64,000 nucleotides of DNA from Ophelia neglecta (Eukaryota). Position numbers and translations under genes: made by a program. Below the pieces are notes generated by a model, which saw only the letters and a list, made by a program, of their open reading frames with translations, was not told the origin of the DNA and searched no databases. Location of the stretch: assembly GCA_965285935.1 (NCBI GenBank), contig OZ260663.1, positions 68,262,001 to 68,326,000 on the forward strand, in the 5' to 3' direction. Numbering within the stretch: the stretch's first letter is position 1; each line of letters starts with the position of its first letter. Positions 42,501 through 57,500 of this stretch are shown here, piece by piece.

Positions 42501-45500
42501 TATAATAAAGCATCTTGAGATATGCCAAATAACGATATTAGGGATTTTGAAATAAAAACGTACGTAACAGTTTATCGAAGTGGGACATTACCGTAACTAT
42601 ATAGTGTCATATTGAAATCATTTTACATGAAGATATTAAAGTGAAAGGACCTTCGTCATAATATTACGACGGCCTTGAAGAAGCACTGTCGAGGAACCAA
42701 TCGGCCGGCGCCCCATCGGTGTACTGAGGGCTCTCTCACTGTCATCGTGAATGTTTAATAGTTTTTCAGTCGGTCGAAGCTTTAAATTTGATTATAACAA
42801 TAACTATAGTACCTCGGTACTACTTTCCTATGAACAATGTGGGAATGATATCATCTCGAGACATCTTTGGCTTGGGCGGTATAGTGCCAGACCGAAGTGT
42901 CACGAATATTTTGACAGAAATTCTACAGCCGGTTAGTTTGAGTGATCAAATGTCATGGGGAACAATAGGTTATGTCTAAAATGTCAAAGGGGAAACCAAA
43001 CGAAACAATTTAAAAATGGTACAACTTAATGAGTGATCAAGAAGATACAAAATGTCTTGAGAGTGTTTTACCTATTCTTAGAATTTCTATAGTTGATGTT
43101 ACATATTTGAAGTCACGGTATTATCACGTGCACTACAAGAAACAAAAATCATCATAGGAACTATACCCCTCTCCCTCCCAAATTGCGAACAGATAAATCC
43201 AGATACTAATTGAAACTGACAGCAATTAATTGGCGAAGATTGGAGTTGATTTTCCCTGTGGTCTATTCAGTGTCAGGCAGGGGAAACCTGAGGCGCATCC
43301 ATATAAATTTTACTAATTTAAGAGGAGATGTCATTAAACCGCCGTCCTTCTAACGTCTAAAGACGCGCTGAAGCCCTGTAACTTTTGCGGGAATTTCCTT
43401 CTTGTTAGGACAACAGTATTGGAGCGGGATATGGAAAAAGAACCAGTCTAAGAAATACGTCTGCAGGAATTGATTTTCAATGGTTTACAAGTTGCTAGTG
43501 GTTATTGTCCGTACAGTGTACGTTCCTATTCTGTGAACACAGCACCTGCTTAGCAGGACTGCGGAAACGTCTAATATATTATTCTCTGTGATCATTTTCA
43601 TAATGCAACCTACTGCAAACTTCGGGCTTTCATTCCTTAGAAATATATTAGAAATATATTCACCATATCCCAGAAGAAATCCTCGTTTATCCTATAGTCA
43701 TGTTAATGATTCAATAATGGTAGAACATTATTAGATAATTTGTCGGTTGGCGTCAATCTGATTCGAATCATAAAGTAGCATAATGTAATAATATAATCGA
43801 ATTGTTACTCATATCCAGCCATATTAGGTAGGTAACTACTGTAACCGACAAATACTTGTGCTGTATAATGTTCGTTTATAGTATGATTTCCCTTTTAGGT
43901 ATTGAAGGCCGCTAGCCCAGTTCTGCTCCGCATTATTCTTCTCGGGGCATTTCTGCTTTATTGTCCGGTAAGTGTAGACTTTATTATGTAGATACAAGCT
44001 GTAGCCAGCTAGGCAAATAGTCATCTTGGATATAGGCCAAGTATCTAGGCCTATAAGAGCTTGAACATATCACGGAAACGAGGCAGATCTGGGCCTTTTT
44101 CGATGTGATACATGTAGAAAATTGCAATTTGGCAAGATAATTATTCACTTATAAACTGGTTGCCAACTGCAAAGACCAAGGCTATACGTCTTAGATGATA
44201 TGTGCCGTATTTCACTCCGCTTGACACACTGTCTGCATGTTTTCATCCCAAGACAATAATAAAACAACTGCTTGCGTTAATCAGCCAATTTTTCTTTTGA
44301 TTGATATAATTAGTGCCATTGTTTGTCATTCTCTGAAGACTTTGTTTGCAGCTCATCGTGCAGTACTACGAGCCGACTGAAATTAGCTGCTCCCTTCGAA
44401 CGTGGATGAGGGAGATCGGGTTCGCCATATCGTATGGAGCTCTGTTATTAAAAACCTGGAGGTACGTTTAAGTTGATTAACATGATTACTTACTACTCGT
44501 TTTTTGAATCACGAGATGTTTCAGTTAATTTCGGAGTTTGTTTCATGGCAAACTAGCGTACGTATCTGTTCTGTGTCAAATTAGGAAAATACATTGCAGA
44601 CTGCTCTATAATTAAAGAGTGTCTTATGTCACTTAACTTTTGCCATATTATATGTTTAAATACATACATTGAAAGGCGTTTTTAGGGTCATAATTATATG
44701 AGTGGCCTAAATGTGACAAACACTGGTTTAGGTATTCAAAGGATGTGCGGCTGCTACCCTGTAACCTTTCTTAAAGCGACGTCTGGCACGAGCACCGGCT
44801 CTTGCTCTAGTCTCTCATACGAAAAACAAAATGCTTTGTTTCAACTCAGTTGATAAAGCTAGCCGAGCTTATCAGATCATGTTAGACTCCTCCATATGTC
44901 CAACCCTGCATCCGACTTTGCGTCTGTTCGTCCATCCGGCCATCAACAGTCTATTTATTCTAATAAGAGGAAATAACAATTTGTACATATTTATCCTGGC
45001 ACAGCCCTAAATCATTCATATACATCTCCCAAATTTGTGTAACGTTTGTGGCCGTGGCAACTATTTTATCTTAATCCAATGACCCTGGCGCCCTCTACTA
45101 AATTTAGGTGGCGCCAGAACGTAACCCTGATGGCTTGATATAATTTGACAAAATGACGTAAAGTTCAACTTTTAGTTTGTTTGAAGCAATTTTTTATTGG
45201 CTGCCGAGATAAAAATTGCAAATAAACCCTGTAGAATGCCACACTCTGGTATAGTATTAATATTTATTACAAAGTATTAATTATTTGATACCTTTATATG
45301 CAGTGCGATAACTTAAACCATGAAGAGTATGGGGTGCAGCGACAAACACTGTACATGCATGGGTATTGTCGTACAAGTAATATTTCGTGTTTTAGGATAT
45401 CCGTGGTATTCCGGGTGCGGTCGGCGCAGCGAATAAAGATATCTGATGCTGATCTAATAAAAAGACTGATAGGTATAGTGCTTTTATTCGCGGCATACCT

Positions 45501-48500
45501 CACAGTTCGAATGGTGGTAGGCCGCCCACATGTAGTCAAAGGTAATGCATCTGTTATTACACATCAAAATATCGTTAAAATGTTGACGTATAATACCCAA
45601 CTATGATTATCTAATTCCATTGTAACCTTTAACACAATGAAATAGCAAACTAGCCTTCAACTAATTTGTATTCTAATACATGTTTTGCTGGCGTGTTCTA
45701 TCTTTATATTGTCCTGTTGACATTTCTGCCGGCATCCTAAATTAATAAGTCACACGAGTTAGTCCATATGGACCAAGCCTATGATTATTTTGTTTTGCTA
45801 ACCATGACCTTCAAATGGCATTACCATAATTACATCGGTGAAATTCACATGACCCTGATTTCAGAATTCTCTTGTCACTAGTGACTTGCTTTGCAAGCTT
45901 GATTATCGTAATTAGTTTTTTCATTGTGGGCGCCTTCGCTTTCAGCAAAACGTCGCATAGTGTATAATTGAGAAGCAATAAAGCTGGCTTACTGGTTTTA
46001 ATATATTGTTTGGTGACAATGATGAATATAGATGTAATGATTTGACAATGAACGCGGTCATTCTTTTCGCTAATGAATGAAAAGCAGGGATTCAGAAAAA
46101 GGCTGGTGGTTCGCTTTGATAGTTCTTAAATACAAACTGAAATCAATTTTCCAACGGGGTTGCTTGTATCAGACATCACATTCATTTCGACGACGTATGG
46201 TGTAAGTGTGATCTAATTATACTCCACGTGCAGTGCGAGGCCCTTACCAAACTAAGAATTGGAATATTTCTGCAGAATGGTTCCAAATTTTGCTCTGACC
46301 TGTACATTAAGTCCCACAGCTGCCTCTTGAAAATCCGCGATCGAAGATTTGCTAGTTTTTTTCCTTTTATAAACGTACTACTCCATTTTCAGGCACCCAC
46401 TCAAGTGGCCTTCACGCCTATCAGTGTTCCTGGGATGTCTGGGACTATTGTGCTGCTATTGGTAACACACATTTTTTTAATATTTATTATTGCCATACAT
46501 GTCTGGAACAGAATTCAACAAAAAGCGGTATTAAAAGCACATATTTAGGGAAAAAGAGGCATTTTATGTGGACTGTACTTGTCAAAATTAATATAAGTAA
46601 ACATCATTATTATTCTAATTTGTGAGAAAAGGAGATCAGCAAATATATTAAATACATGTATGTGTTTATGTTGTCTATTTACAAATAAAAACATGTATGA
46701 GATGTATATTTTATGCCGCACACCTGTGGTGTATGCTTATGTGTTGTACTGATGCCATTGAGGTGTTTCTCTTCCAGCCGAGTTGTGTTTGTTACTCTGG
46801 GGTATTCGTCTGTGTATTGTTGTGCGGAAGGCTCCTTCCGAGTTTAACGAGAGCAGGTTCATCAGCTGGGCCATATACAACGAAACCTTACTCTCGCTCT
46901 TCTTGAATATCACCATGTAAGTATAACGTCTGTGCCATGCAAAACCTTCTAGATGTTCTTTCGATATACTGTGGGATTCCGATTCAGAATGATACTTTGA
47001 TGAGGTACGCATCCTTTTATCTGGTCAGCTAAGCGCCATGTTTTACTAGTATTCTGCTGCTCAGAGGTTTTTGTTAGCTACTCCCATCTACTAACCTGCT
47101 TCGTTCAGGCTAGGTTTCACCAGTTCACTAAGAATCAACAAACATTCAATTTTTTGTTTCAAATCGTTATAGGCCTATGTAAGATGTTATTATACTTATC
47201 GCAAATAGCTCCTTGTGCACTAAATGAACATATACGTAGATTTGCATGACAGGACATGTTAAATGTAAAATAAACAAATATACATTTGTATCTCTGCATT
47301 GTTTACACAGTGTCGATACAAGTTTTGCTTCTGCGAGGCCGCATGAACGTAGATACGGTAAACATGTGCATGCGGCCGCGCTGTCAGCCCCGATGTTCAT
47401 TGTCTATATCGACGATGTATGCCAGGGCAGACGGCATTTCAAAGTCCTGAAGCAACTTCTAGTTGTATATCTATATGGTTTTGCTAACCTGAATTAACTA
47501 CGATGAATTTATAGTTCATTTGTTTCTGTAAACAGTCATATACCTTTGAGATAGCGCCGAATATATAATTTCGGCTAGTTAGTCCTTGGCAAATATTCGA
47601 CTTCTGAATCACTATGCAGATGGTTCGCTCCGTATTAATCTGGTCCCAAGTTATACATATAGCCAACTACTATGATATTAGAACTGCACCCATAGCTATG
47701 AATCTGAGCTCAATACGTGCAATGCCTATATGTGTGATCGCTGATTGTCAATCGCGACGTTATTACTGGATACACTCCTATTTTATAGACCTACTAGAAA
47801 AAAAACTACATGTATATGAGATGAACGGTCACATCCGTCTGAGTGATTCCTCGGTTGTATAAGTGCCGTTTATTATATCTCATATTCCAGAGGGTGTTTT
47901 GCTTAAGTAAGACGCGCCCTATTTAATGCCTAGGAATGAGCGAGTAACTGGGATAGATATTGCCTTTGAGCAAAAGCATTTTATACGAGTCATTCGCATA
48001 GCAGCCACATTCTTCTATATATTATCAATTATAGCAAATTTTGGCCCCTGGAGTATAATTTAACATAGCTTATAAGGTACTTAAGTCTCACTCATTGTAA
48101 TATGTTGGACTTCTGGTTTTTTTTTCAGGTTTTTCCTGCAGTCGCCAGCTAACCCCGACCTTTTATATCTAGTGCTATTTATACACACGCAGCTCACTAC
48201 TACTGTCACCCTCGCCTTCTTATTTGGTAGCAAGGTAAGTTATCAGAGACAAAATTTAACCATCGTGTTAAAATGTTATATTTTAAATGACACTATTGAT
48301 GTGCCTATATAAATAACCATGCTTCAGGAATGTCGTTGTCATCGAAATGAGTGTTTCTAGAACATTTGGGAAATAATATATAAGTGCTATGGGCCCTGTT
48401 AAGATAATTTATTACATTAGCTTTCATTATATTTCAGTTAATGTATTTTTCCTGTGTGGACCGAATGATCAATGAACATTTCTCTGACACATATATATTC

Positions 48501-51500
48501 AGTCTTTATATAATGACGCATATAGTTTACATGATGACCTATCACAATCGATCACACCCGACCAAGCCTCTCTCATTAGCAATTGATTTACGAATAAATC
48601 AATCATCTTATATATGAGATTAACTCGCTAATTAATCCTTTTTCCCATGGCTTCCGTATACATCCTCGTATATATCTATTCTCGTATATAAAGATTTAGG
48701 TTAAGCACCAAGCTTTCGATTATCACTCGCTGGGGACCCTGCTTTGTGCATATTTTATTGGATTAATGTACACAAAAAGAGTCAGAACAATACTTTAGGG
48801 CACAAAATTGACATTCCCGTCGTAAATTGTCTTCATTTTTTGTGTCGAAACAAGATGATACAGTTACTGTTCCGTTAGTGCGTCGCTAATGTTAGACTAT
48901 ATGGTCCCTCACTGATACCACCTAACACAGTAGGCCTTCGTGGCACACAGGACTTCCTCCTTCTAGTCCGATCATAAAAAGTAACAAGTTAAAGGATTAG
49001 GGCCTACTTGTCACACGAATGAGCATCGTTATACCAGCCACACAAAGTCTGGAGACTTTCAGTAAAAAGAGGTTTAAATCATACGATGCTAGAAAACAGT
49101 GTGCACAAGCTACTGCTGACGCACATATTGTCTATGTGTAATTAGTGTGTTTAAAAAAAGGATGTCTGTAATTGGTTTGCTATGTATGACGTTTGACCTA
49201 TTTAAACCCGAAGGAAAGGGACGCGTTTTGCCAGAGCACTGCGTCCCTGGGTGCCGCTGCCTTCTGGTGATGACGTCATCGCAGAAAGCAGGTCAAGCGT
49301 CATTTGCTTTCTGGGCCAATCAGCGTTCACCATGTGAGCGCGTCACACATGCATAGATTACATATTTGATGTTTCGAGTAGTTTTTTTCGCACAACTAGT
49401 CTCCAGACTATAAATAGGCCTATATAGAGATAGTGAATAAAACTCAAGTCGTGTCTCCATCGCACACGTCACGCCAAACCCTGTTGAACCGCTGTAGTAA
49501 GATGTGTGGCGTTGCGTATCCACCGAGCTTATTATTTCCGCACGTCTTCTTAATATGTACCTAAATGCACTGACAAACCACCGGGAATATATGTTGAAAG
49601 TCATTTACAAATATTCGGAAACCATTTAGACAGTTTTGCCGAAATAAAACGTCCCGTGGTGCTCGCAAATTGTCAGCTGTCGGACTGGGAACACAAAAGT
49701 GTCAAAAGGTTGACATTCAGAACATGCTTGCATAAGTTGAAGGGAAGGAAGTCCGTTCCAAAAAACGCATATTACATTTGAACCAATCCTACGCTCTGAA
49801 AGGATAATATTACCAAACACTGGTCGGCTCTTTTATTGATGGCATATTGCGGAAGAAGAGTTAAATTTATTTGCTCAAGGTAGACATTGGTTTCCGGGGC
49901 TCGGAAAAAAAGCTGTTGCGAAAATTGCTGAGCTGTAGGTATCCGAGATCAAGTGCTCACAGACATAGGCTATTTCTCTGTTGACTACAATGGTATCGCC
50001 CAGGAACAATGACAAATTATCTTGGATCACCTCTATAGCCTACCACTGAAAAAGGTGTTTGCAAGGTTAGGTGACCAAAAGGTGACCAGAGTGGTGGCTG
50101 GCCTTAAATTTTTTTGGCAAATTGGTTCCTTAATTGGTTCCTTAATTGGTTCAAGACCACCCATGGCCCATATTCATATCCACGCACATCCCCAAATTGT
50201 TGCTGTGAAGGAATTGGCGACACGTCATGTTAAACTTCTTCATGGATGACCCAGTCGAATATGCACTTCGCGTCAGCTTGTAAATTGGTATAAATGCATG
50301 GCATTTTTGAGTAGCTGTTTCTTAGGCAGGATGGGGGGGGGGGGTTCTGTATATTGTGATGCTTGCGCTGCACCGCCTGCTTGGTGATGCTGCTTTGTCG
50401 TGCGCTGGAAATGGCGTACGAGTACGGTTAGGGTAAAGGATTTTAATTGTTCTCCCGCAGGTAAGCGCCAACAGTGAAGCGCCGAATACAGGGATCCCTG
50501 GGGCTGCTCTGCGCACGACTTACAATTCCCGCCTTTTTTCCTAGCTAATTACAGTGAAATTCGTTCGCGCAAAGTTTATCATATATCAAGTAAAAGAATT
50601 ATGTTATGTTGGTTCCTACTTCCTAGACTTATCTCACAATAAGATTGTCAGACATAAACAGAACATCTAGGCAATGCCGCAAAAATGGTTATCGGCTGTT
50701 ATATATCTGTAATCCGTAAAAAAAATAACAGGAACAATAGGCTCAGACAAAGGCTGACGGACCTGAGTGTCGATTTAAAACCAAGTGCAACTGGGGGAGC
50801 GATTGTCGTAACCAGGACTTAATGGCGGGTGTAAATTATCTCGAGGCTGACTACCGCCCCATGCATGAGTTAGTGTAATACAAGTGTTTCCATCCCCGTA
50901 CATACGCCGACATGATTTAGGCATATGGTGTCATACATTTGAACGGATCTTAAGTGTCACTTTAGGACGACAATTGCAGGTCAAGGTTGGTTCAAGTTAA
51001 ACCCGTGTAAAGTTAAATATCTATTGTTTTACAGCATAATTTGTAATTGTATAAGAATCTTATTAGATTAACTACGTTAAAACCCTTGTATGTAGGGACA
51101 ATTCTTAGCCCTTCTTCCTCGGCTGCTTACTCGGCTGCAAATCACAATAGAAGACAATCGAGTCCCCATTAGTCCCGTATATCATTACATTTGGTCTCCC
51201 TCATTATAATGAAAGAACGAAACAAATAGTTCCACATAATGAACAACCTGGGAATAATATGGGTGATCTTTGGAACAACCAACCCATCAAATGGCTAATA
51301 ATGCGGCCGGTCTCAAGAACCATCGTGATTCTGGAGATAGGAACATAATCTTTAATGTTACAGAGCAAACAGTTAGAATACTCACAGATGCCCAATCATG
51401 TGACTAGTTTGTTGCCTTAATCAACAATATGTCCGCAAATGAGAACTCACCATGCTGCTACTCATTTGAAACATATTGGACCAAGAAGTTTTTGTAGGAA

Positions 51501-54500
51501 CGTTCAACCACGAAGAAACTGTTTAAGGTAGAATAGCTTTGCATGGCCCCTTTACTGTTTTCTTGACAGAAAAATAGAAAGCCTACAAACACAAAAAAAA
51601 CCCCGCTCCTTAACTTGATGATAATTGAAATAAAACCCGTATATCTGTAGATATGACCATTCGGACATAAATTTAGCTGTGGCAAAAAGGTTGCACGGAA
51701 AACAGAATACCTAACTAGGGACCGTTTATATAGACAGTTGAATTTTCTTTAATTTGAATAAACCACTCGTGATGCACATACCGATCTGCCTTATGTTACA
51801 TGCAGTTATTTTGGAAAGCTTTTCTCCAGTAATATATTCACCAAACAGAATGACGAAAAAATAACAGGCATGCACGTGACCTTGACGTTAAACGATGAGT
51901 TGAACTTCTCAAGAGAGTGCCATTCGAAGCCAAGTTACTTCTAAATTTTAGCAAAAACTAATGATTGATATTTTTCCTTTAGTGCCTGTGCAAGACTCAT
52001 GTTTCTGAATGTAGCCAAAAAAAGTCAATTACTTTATCTTTGCGATAATCTCGCCAACCGATTTGCCCGCTATTCAATGCCAACATACATTGCTTAATTT
52101 TGGTAAAAACAACCTGCATCGCTATTCTGCTAGACGTCTGCATTTTGACAAAATGAGTGATCTGGATCTTTGGAAGTTATATTGACACTAAAGGTTAATC
52201 CTACAAGCCAAATATGGAAGTTATATTGACACTAAAGGTTTATCCTACAAGCCAAATATGGAAGTTATATTGACACTAAAGGTTTATCCTACAAGCCAAA
52301 TATACAAGTTTACTCGAATTAGGATGAATATTAACACAGATTCTCTCGAAGGTAAATAACTTCTTTAACGACCGTAACTTTCCTCCGTCCGATCGAGAAA
52401 CAGACAAACAGCGTTTTATCTAGCCTCAGGAACTTTGCCAAATTTTATGACAATCGTGTTTTTGATTTTCCTTCTAGGCCCGTAAAAAGGGAAAACCGTC
52501 TAGGAATTATTATATTAGCGGTATAATAGCAAAAACGAAAGGAGTGAATACCAGGCAGACAAACCAAAAATGATTAATCGAGAACATTCCATTTAGTTGG
52601 TCCGACATCACCAGGAGCAGCAGCCTCCGGTCCACATATAGTAATTAATCCTCAGCTCCCAAACAGTAAATAAGCGTGTAATGCAAATGGGGGCACAAAG
52701 CCAATTACTTCAAGGACCAATTAAAGTACTTTTATATTATGTTCGAGTGCTTCTGGTGAGAGGGGCGTACCCATATGCAAATGTTTTGTTCTTTAATAAG
52801 TGGGGTTAGTTATAAAATCCAGTCAGACGTTACTTTAGCAAATGGATCCTTCAGGACACCAATGTAGAATTCGCAATTGGACGGTTGTCGATAATAGTGA
52901 TTTCGATCGTACTAGACACATCTGTTGTCGACGACAAAAACTTTTAACTGCATGGATTGAAGGGCCATATAATTCGATAGTAGCATACAAAAATAAAATG
53001 CTTCACTTTCGTCACCGACTTGGTTGTTCGACGGATGGGCATCGACTGGGTTGTTTTGAACAAATACTCAGTACAAATGCACGTTTCGCGTTTTCTTCCT
53101 TTCACCTAAAATCTTATGTATATTCTACACCACTTGTTTATATTCTACACCCTTGTTTTCTACTTGGTGTAACAGTTTTTATTCGAGTTATAAAGAGCGG
53201 TGTCGTGGCATCAATATGAGCCGTAATGCAAGTCGCCATATCAAGTTTTATGGTAGAAACTAAATGAACCTTTTTGGAAAATGAGCGATATTATTATGCG
53301 GAAATGCAAATGTCTGTTTTACCATGTTTAGAATTCCGTTCCTTGATTAAATATCTCGACACTGTGCTTATGCTAGTTTTAGGCCCAAGAAACCAGATGC
53401 CCATTTCGCTTATGACATAGCTTAATGGACGCAAATCCAATATGGAACCATATGGAACGCTTAATTGGAGCTTTTTGTTTATTTGCCCATCCACCGTTAG
53501 TATCCAGGGAATTGCGGAATATTTAGTATTCAGGGAACAACATATCACTAGGATTTACGTATCAGTGAAACATTGGGATATAAGATGGCTTAATTATTTT
53601 CCCTCGTTGTTGCAAAATTGTCCGGGTTTTTATACTAATGATGTCAATACCATACGCCCGAATGGTCAGCGCTTACCTAAAAAACTTGTTAATTCTTAAT
53701 CATTTTGCCAATACATAAGGTATTGCGTTAGGGCTCTATCATATAATTATAAAAGCGTTTCTTCATAATCTGATATGTACATAATGGAATGTATATAGTT
53801 ATGCCTACTGTTCCTTGACGTCATGAATCCATCTAAGAACTGGACGATACACCGGTCGCCCCAATGGATATCAGGGTTTATACACAGAATATTGTTCGAT
53901 CTGATTTGAAAAATACATTGATGAATATTTCAAAATTTTACCTGAATGTAACACACCCTAAGATGACTTCTGTAACTATATAAGGATTTCATCGGGTTAA
54001 GAGAATGTCGATAATTCTGTATGGAATATTCTCGTTCAGATTCAGGTTACCCCCGGTTTAACATTTTCACAATCAATGACTGCAATGCCCTGAGTGATAA
54101 TATCTCCAATCCTAGTTCTAGGACTTAGCATAACTGCTTAACAACAATAGGATTATCATACATTGCAGATACACGTGTTCAGTCACAACAAAGCGTAACT
54201 GGTTCACTTTACAAAATTACATTTGTCTTTTTTATTTAATGCTTGACTTAAGGCTAATTTTGCCATAAGTTAATTTATAATTATTGAACTGTGGATTGGT
54301 GGTTGAGAGTCGTCTGCTGTTGAAGTCTCCTGAGTATTTTGGACCGTATTATTGGATTATTTCTGATAGCTGGTTTTCGTTTGTCTGTCGGGTATCCACT
54401 CCCATATGTTCCAAAGTGTAATGCGAACTTGGACGTCAGCCAGCAATCGCAGGCAGATTAGGAGTGATTCTTATCAATTGTACAGCACCAGCTATAGCAA

Positions 54501-57500
54501 GCTTAACAACTAGCGCTCCTTTAACTTAATAGAATATAATAACATCAAGGGACAACCTTGACTAAATCACTGTGTTGTAACAGCATTCGTATCATGAATG
54601 CAAACTGGCATATAAGTTCAGCCATTCGACTGGCAGCAATGCAAAAATTATAGTGTGAAACAAACTATGAAAGGAAGCGAAAGCTCCGGAGTCCGGGTTT
54701 TCTCAGAAAACGGAATAAAATTTGCACTGACCAGCTTTAGCGATAGCTAACCTCAAAACCCGTTTCCAGATAAACTTCGATGGCCATGTCCCTGTTTGCA
54801 GGTATTTGGTGATATGACCCATAAGATCCAATTCCTACACAAGTTTACAAGCACTCGCCACGAATCCTAAATGTTAAGTACCTACCGAGTCGAGCCCAAA
54901 GATGCACAAGCCTTGATCTGATTAGCGAAGGGGGTAAACTTTGAAAGGGCAGGAAGAGAAAATGGACCCTTAAAGGAGGGACTTTTTCTTCGGAATCAAT
55001 GACCTAATTTTTGTAACTTCTAAGAGCGAAAGAATGTTAGCAGAACGGCTTCTTTAAGACTAATCTTGAACGCGATTTGTAAATCTGTATTCTCTGCCCT
55101 GGTTAAGTTGGTCCATAACCCGTTTTACTCCTTCTTTGCACGTGTATTGATGGACCGATGACAAGTTTTTTTGTTTTGGAAGTTTTAAAGTTGAATCTCC
55201 ATTTTTTTGCTTTAGTCTTCGGCCAGAACAAAAAGCTCTGGAGACCCGCAGCAGACACTGCCAGAGCGATGTCACCACAAAATACGGTGCCCAATCAAAA
55301 AGCTCCTGGGTCCTTTTTATAGAATATCAAGGTCATTTATCTTAACTAGGCATTTAACAGGCCTATAAGACGGATCATTGACACACAGATTGGCCAATTG
55401 AAAATGTGTATGCACATCAATATTATTTTCGCTCATCAAGAATCAAGAATGCAGGCCATGTTCAAGTGAATGTTGACTTAACGGTAATAGGAGTTTAGCG
55501 AAAAGTGTAAAGGTTTGAGACTATAAAGAAGGCTGTGTGCATTTTATTGTTAAAATTACCAACTACCTAATGAGCATTTTGCCATTGATGGCTTTCAATT
55601 TGTTATTTTGAACAAATTTTAGTGGTCAAACAAAAGTTGGTCAAATAGGCAGGCACAATTGAGTACAGATCATGGAAGAGTGCATTATAATGTGCCCGTA
55701 GTTTCCGTGACAGTCTGTGCGGCGCGATGCCATATCGATGTCGGCACTTATTAGAATAACAGGCGCCAGGTGGAAGTCTGGCCAGCTTTGATTTGTCGCT
55801 CCATTGGATACGCTGATGGCATTTTCGCCCTTTAAAAAAGATGCAATTTCCTCTTCTTTTTTTTAATGCCGCATAAGTTTTTAGTTTTTCCAATCCGGGA
55901 AATAAAATATAAAATCAAAAACCGGGCCTCGAATATAAACATTCTGTACTCAAAATGGATAGCGTGTACAAGGATACGTTCAGTGTGCAGATAGTCGGAA
56001 AAATCGAGATCATGTAATATGTTATTCATAAACAGGCCTATTTCCTGTTTCAAAGGCGACATTATTTCCTGCTATGAATAACGTCCCGCTCCGTGTATTA
56101 CTACGCATTGATTATTAAAAGACCGTCTGCTTACAAATCAAAACAACAAAAGATTTATATGCGCGTGATCAGTTGGGAATTGTCTATAAAATGTTTTATA
56201 CGGTTTTGTTCTGATATTTATTAAACATGTGAAACTATCAAGATACATTAAAACTAGTTTCATGTAATCCTTGACAAGTAAGATTTTTTAATATTTTGTT
56301 GGAATTCACTGTCTGGACTGCATTCTTAATGACGTTTAATTATTTTCTTAAACTGTGTTGTGTGGACTGGACACTTATTATCTTTCATTGCATGGTTTTA
56401 GAGAAAAGAATGAATGCCTAATTCCTCCTCAGCATTTTCAAACACAGTTAATACTATTCATGATGACAGTTAATGCATGCCATAAAACACTGGCTTTTGA
56501 TCTTTTCAGGTAACTGACATGTATAGCACGAATTCAAAACAGTATAATGTATGGTCCAACATGTGGCAATCGAACCTAGGGAAAAAGTCGGACACCACCG
56601 ATTTCCAATGCATTGCTCCTTAACAGTTCCCTTTGGTCTGCACAAGCCTGTATATGTATCACCTCAGTGCCGTGCTTGCTTACCACGATCAAAGCACGGA
56701 CGAGAATTGACCAAACGAAAAGTTAAACAAAATAGGTGGAAGTAAATGAAAGGAAAAAATCACATATAACCATAGCAAGGAGGCACTGCAAGACAAAAAT
56801 GGCGGGATACATAATATAAAAAAAATCTTCTCATAATAAAAAAAAATCACATAGCCGCTCTTATGATTGCCGCGAAAACGATTACCCCCCCCCCACTCCC
56901 GCTTTTATCGTCATTAACTTACTTTTGATTTCAGACAACAAGCAGTATTCGGTGTGATGCATTTTGTAGTGACACCCATATTTGTACTTTTTATTGTTTA
57001 TAGGCTTACGTTGTATTCAAAGGCTCCGGAAAAGAGCAGCCACAAACCACAATCAGCCGGGGCTCAAAGTACATGGCGGCACCAACAAGTAAGACGTGTA
57101 CCACCAACTTCGTAGCAAATCTCAACTCCCGAGAAAACACCTCCTTCTCTGATAACAAGTTCTGTGATGAGATGGAACCCTATGGCAGTACACTCGAGAA
57201 AGATATTCAGGTGATGGGAATTAATGTTGGCGCATAACGGTTCTTATTTCAAAGCTTTCTAATGGATACTATATATACATGTAGGCGTAAACTCCCGCCG
57301 GAGTTTAACGGTATTTAGAGATCTAGCTACATTATTGTACTTGAAAATAAGAGGCTGAGAGCTTTAGATTTTTCTGAAGTGTCTGTTCGGGAGCCGTTGA
57401 AACCTATAGCAAATATCGTTCTGTCTGATTGACTGGGCCCTCCATTGAGGTAAGACACGGGGGTCCAATTTAAAACTCTCTACCACGTCTATTGTAGGCA

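Noticed and set aside
41773-42505. Hydrophobic + strand ORFs resembling membrane proteins
   Set aside because: They are the antisense shadow of an A-rich LINE segment.
48139-48141. Alternative acceptor CTGCAG inside exon 9
   Set aside because: It would shift the frame before TM7.
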